Shown here piece by piece: positions 61,200 through 64,000 of a stretch of DNA of 64,000 nucleotides; positions within the stretch are counted from its first letter, which is position 1; each line of letters starts with the position of its first letter. Location of the stretch: the NCBI GenBank assembly GCA_963768655.1, contig CAVYIM010000004.1:320001-384000 (forward strand), given 5' to 3'. The translations under genes were made by a program, and so were the position numbers. The notes below the pieces were generated by a model. It saw nothing but the letters and a program-made list of their open reading frames with translations, had not been told where the DNA came from and did no database searches. The stretch comes from an uncultured Chloroflexia bacterium (GTDB lineage Bacteria; Chloroflexota; Limnocylindria; Limnocylindrales; CSP1-4).

Positions 61200-61456
61200 G
61201 CCTGCTCTCAATTCAGGCCCTCGCCGGGACGATCCGGACTGCGGCCGACCCGGCCGAGAGCGCGGGCGCCGATCGAAGACACGATCGTTGCAACGTCACG
61301 ACGCCACCATCAATTCGCCGCGATGGCCTGTGAAGAACACGGGTATTGCCTGCGGGGTCGTTGACCGGGTGGCAGCGCGCCGGCGCGTTCGCCGGTCCAG
61401 CCAGATGGCCGAGCGAAGGTCTCGAAGACGGGCCGAGAACTGATCTGGCGGGAACT

Positions 61457-62071
61457 CTATGAGAGTGTCACGCCGGGAGCGTTCTGATAGGCCGAACCCA
61501 TCATACACAGGTCATCCAGAACCAGCGCGAACAGCTCGAATAGCTCCTTCAGGCGCTGGATGTCCGTGACGAAACCGTGCGTCTCGAAACAGAGTTCGTC
61601 CACACCTGCGGGGAAACTCGAGCGGAACCAACCCGCGTCATCCTTGACCTGGAAGTGGACGTCTGTCTCAGCTTCGAGCAGGCCACGGATCCGCGGGTCC
61701 GACAGCAAGCGCCTGATTTCGGCTTCAGACGAACTCTGGACGACGAACCGAGCGTCGAAGGCGGGGTCGCCAATCGTGATGTCCTGGGCGCCGAACACTT
61801 TCCCAAGAGAGCCGAACACACCCTGGGTGTGGACATTGAACCTGAGCCCGTCGGCATTCACGTAGGGCGCCCGAAAGCGGGTGAAGATGGTCGAGGTCTT
61901 GCCCGTGCTCACGGCATACGTGTCGAGAGTGATCTGCCATTGCCCGTGCGACAGCGTTACCTTCCCCGTCCCGAGCCACCCGCCCGCTTGAAACTGGGCG
62001 CCTATTTGCTGGCTGAGTTGGGACCAGATCTCATCCTTGCTCGGTCCGAACACGTCGCGAAGTAGCCCCAT
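61457..62071 (-). CDS. Hypothetical protein (DUF3137-like)
   Basis: G.QDI.IGDP.FD.RFVV; GAAGGG upstream of the ATG. Confidence 0.7.
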   Translation of the reverse strand: MGLLRDVFGPSKDEIWSQLSQQIGAQFQAGGWLGTGKVTLSHGQWQITLDTYAVSTGKTSTIFTRFRAPYVNADGLRFNVHTQGVFGSLGKVFGAQDITIGDPAFDARFVVQSSSEAEIRRLLSDPRIRGLLEAETDVHFQVKDDAGWFRSSFPAGVDELCFETHGFVTDIQRLKELFELFALVLDDLCMMGSAYQNAPGVTLS

Positions 62072-62353
62072 CGTCTGTCCCTTCCATCCTGGGCACCGCC
62101 CGGAGCCTGGTGCGCGAGGAGGCGTTGCCATCGAGAGGTATAGCGGTCCCGCGACCGACTCGCAACGTCGGGTCCGAGCACACCTCCTGGCGCGTTGCTC
62201 GGCCGCTCCCGCCGCGGTACTCGTCGGATCGTCTCTTCCTGCGGCCCAGGCGCCCTTGCGCGGCGCTTACCTTCGCCGGAATCGCGGCGAAGCAGTCGAG
62301 GCCACTGTGGCTGGCAGCTCGACGATCAACCAGGAGCTCAAGGATCAGACGCG

Positions 62354-62683
62354 ATGGACACCCGCATCAGCACCCTGCTCGCCGGTCTTCTGCTCGGAGG
62401 CGCATACGCCTTCGGCGCCGTGGCCCTCGTGTCAGCGGCCTTGTACAGCCTCGGCTGTATCGCCTTGCGGCTCCACTGGATCGGGTTCCCTCGCACCCAG
62501 AGCTGCGGCAGTGCTCCTGCCGTCCCTGACGCGGCCGCACCGACGGCTGCGAGCCGGGACGGAGTTCCGCGTGGCGAATCGAAAAGCGGCCGGGTGGGAA
62601 CCGCTGCCCGCGAGGCGGCGTCAGAGCCGTGCCAGACGGTTCGAACCGAGACCGCATCACCCGATCCCAGGAGATACCAATGA
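62354..62683 (+). CDS. Small hypothetical membrane protein
   Basis: AGGA RBS; hydrophobic N-terminus; ATGA overlap with the next gene. Confidence 0.4.
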   Translation: MDTRISTLLAGLLLGGAYAFGAVALVSAALYSLGCIALRLHWIGFPRTQSCGSAPAVPDAAAPTAASRDGVPRGESKSGRVGTAAREAASEPCQTVRTETASPDPRRYQ

Positions 62684-63345
62684 ACTCGCACCCGAGATTC
62701 ACCCGGCCGACCAGGTCCGTGCTGACCGGCTTCTTCGTAGTCGCTATGGCAGCGCTGGCGATAGGCTGGACTGCCGGCACCGTGGCTGCGTCAAGCGGTT
62801 CGCGAGCCGCCTCGCCCACGGCCGCCCCCACGACGGTTCCCGCCGACACGTCAGGCGTCCCCGGCGTTGGCACGACGACGACCCTATCGCAGAACGCCGG
62901 CGAGGTGGCCTCGTCGGGCGGCGTGGCAAGTTCGATCGCCTACCCCGTGACCGGCTACAACTCTCTCGGGGTGGCGCCTCAGGGCACGATCCTGGCCGAG
63001 GGCACGGGCACGGCCGGCATGAAGGCAAATGGCTCCGACCAGGCGGCGGCGCTCAAGACGGCCACTGACGCGGCGTTCGCCGATGCCCACGTCCAGGCTC
63101 TCGCGGCGGCGACGTCGATGGGCGTGCAGCTGGCGGGGATCTACTCGGTCAGCATCGCGTCGAACGACAGCTACGCTTACGCGACGCCCGATTGCGTGGC
63201 CGTTCCGCCGGTGCCGGGCAACGCCACCGGTGCGAGCGCTTCGACCGGGACCGCGCCGGCGAGCACGCCCATCGTCTGCGAGCAAGCCACGCCCACCTCC
63301 GCTCAGCTCGTTGTGACCCTTATCGTCGCCTACAAGTACGCGTAG
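62680..63345 (+). CDS. Exported SIMPL/DUF541-like protein
   Basis: Signal peptide; A..AA..DA...A..LA...GV.L..I.SV. Confidence 0.7.
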   Translation: MNSHPRFTRPTRSVLTGFFVVAMAALAIGWTAGTVAASSGSRAASPTAAPTTVPADTSGVPGVGTTTTLSQNAGEVASSGGVASSIAYPVTGYNSLGVAPQGTILAEGTGTAGMKANGSDQAAALKTATDAAFADAHVQALAAATSMGVQLAGIYSVSIASNDSYAYATPDCVAVPPVPGNATGASASTGTAPASTPIVCEQATPTSAQLVVTLIVAYKYA

Positions 63346-63368
63346 GCGGGGAAGCCCGCCAGACAACC

Positions 63369-63400
63369 ACTCGCCGCCGCGGGATCCCGCGGCGGCGAGT
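63369..63400. terminator. Perfect 32-bp palindrome between convergent genes
   Basis: actcgccgccgcggga-tcccgcggcggcgagt. Confidence 0.75.
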
Positions 63401-63498
63401 CTGTATTGGCGTCGGCCGCGGCTCGGCGCGCCGGGAGGTCAGTCTTCGGCGACGAACGCGGCGTGGGCCGCTTCGATGGGGTCGCCGGGGCGGGCGGC

Positions 63499-64000
63499 TC
63501 AGTACGAGTCGATCACCTTGATCGTCGGGTCTCCCGGCCCGACCTGCCAGTTGTTGGTCGTGGAAGCCGAGTTGTTCCACGACCAGACGAGAAAGCCCCT
63601 GACACCTGCCTTGAACATGGCCGCGAGCTTGGCGTTGAAGGCGGCGGCCCTGTCGGCGAGGGTTCCGCCCACGCTGGTGGCCTTGATGCCCGACTCGCCG
63701 ACGAAGATCGGCTTGTTGAGGGCGTTGCAGGCGGCGATGTCCGACACGAGGTGGGCCGGCAGTGCCTCCGTCTCGTGACCGTAGTCGTGGTATTCGCAGA
63801 CATCGATCGTGGGGACCGAGTTGATCTTCTGATAGTCGGAGCCCTGGCTGCCGCACTGGCCGGCGCCCATGGTGCCGAGCGAGACCAGGTGGTTGGGATC
63901 GATCGACTTTATCAAGCCTGATACGTCCGCCGCGAAGTTGTAGAGATCGGAGGCGGGGGCGCAGGTCGAGGTGTTGTCGAGCTTGACCTCGGCCTCGTTC
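63499..64000 (-). CDS. C-terminal part of a GH5-type glycoside hydrolase (mannanase/cellulase-like)
   Basis: NE at the window edge, IKSIDPNHLVSLG, H.Y, KPIFVGE.G, LVW. Confidence 0.8.
   Translation of the reverse strand, partial: NEAEVKLDNTSTCAPASDLYNFAADVSGLIKSIDPNHLVSLGTMGAGQCGSQGSDYQKINSVPTIDVCEYHDYGHETEALPAHLVSDIAACNALNKPIFVGESGIKATSVGGTLADRAAAFNAKLAAMFKAGVRGFLVWSWNNSASTTNNWQVGPGDPTIKVIDSY

Overview
High-GC bacterial window; the gene content suggests Chloroflexota or Actinomycetota, which is an inference. It has three parts. (1) 1-3.1 kb: a polyferredoxin and a stand-alone acidic protein with an LQxxAGNxAV motif and a C-terminal HExxH. (2) About 3.3-34.3 kb: a co-oriented polymorphic toxin array. 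It holds six 5'-truncated Rhs cores of two sequence types that end in DPDGH and carry Cys-rich variable tips, two smaller core fragments, naked tip remnants, more than 15 candidate immunity genes and three near-identical IS256-family insertions with 8-bp target duplications. No full-length Rhs is present. (3) 35.8-58.3 kb: a MalT-like/BTAD regulator and a complete Streptomyces-type contractile injection system (CIS) locus, followed by ordinary genes. The main unexplained signals are a YGCCY-N4-RGGCA palindrome clustered at both CIS divergent promoters and upstream of the distant cargo-like gene, an NC-x10-CE double motif right after the Rhs cleavage site, a co-diverging toxin-tip/3-TM immunity family, and a candidate -1 frameshift in the CIS chaperone gene. 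All family calls come from motif recognition by eye; no searches were run.
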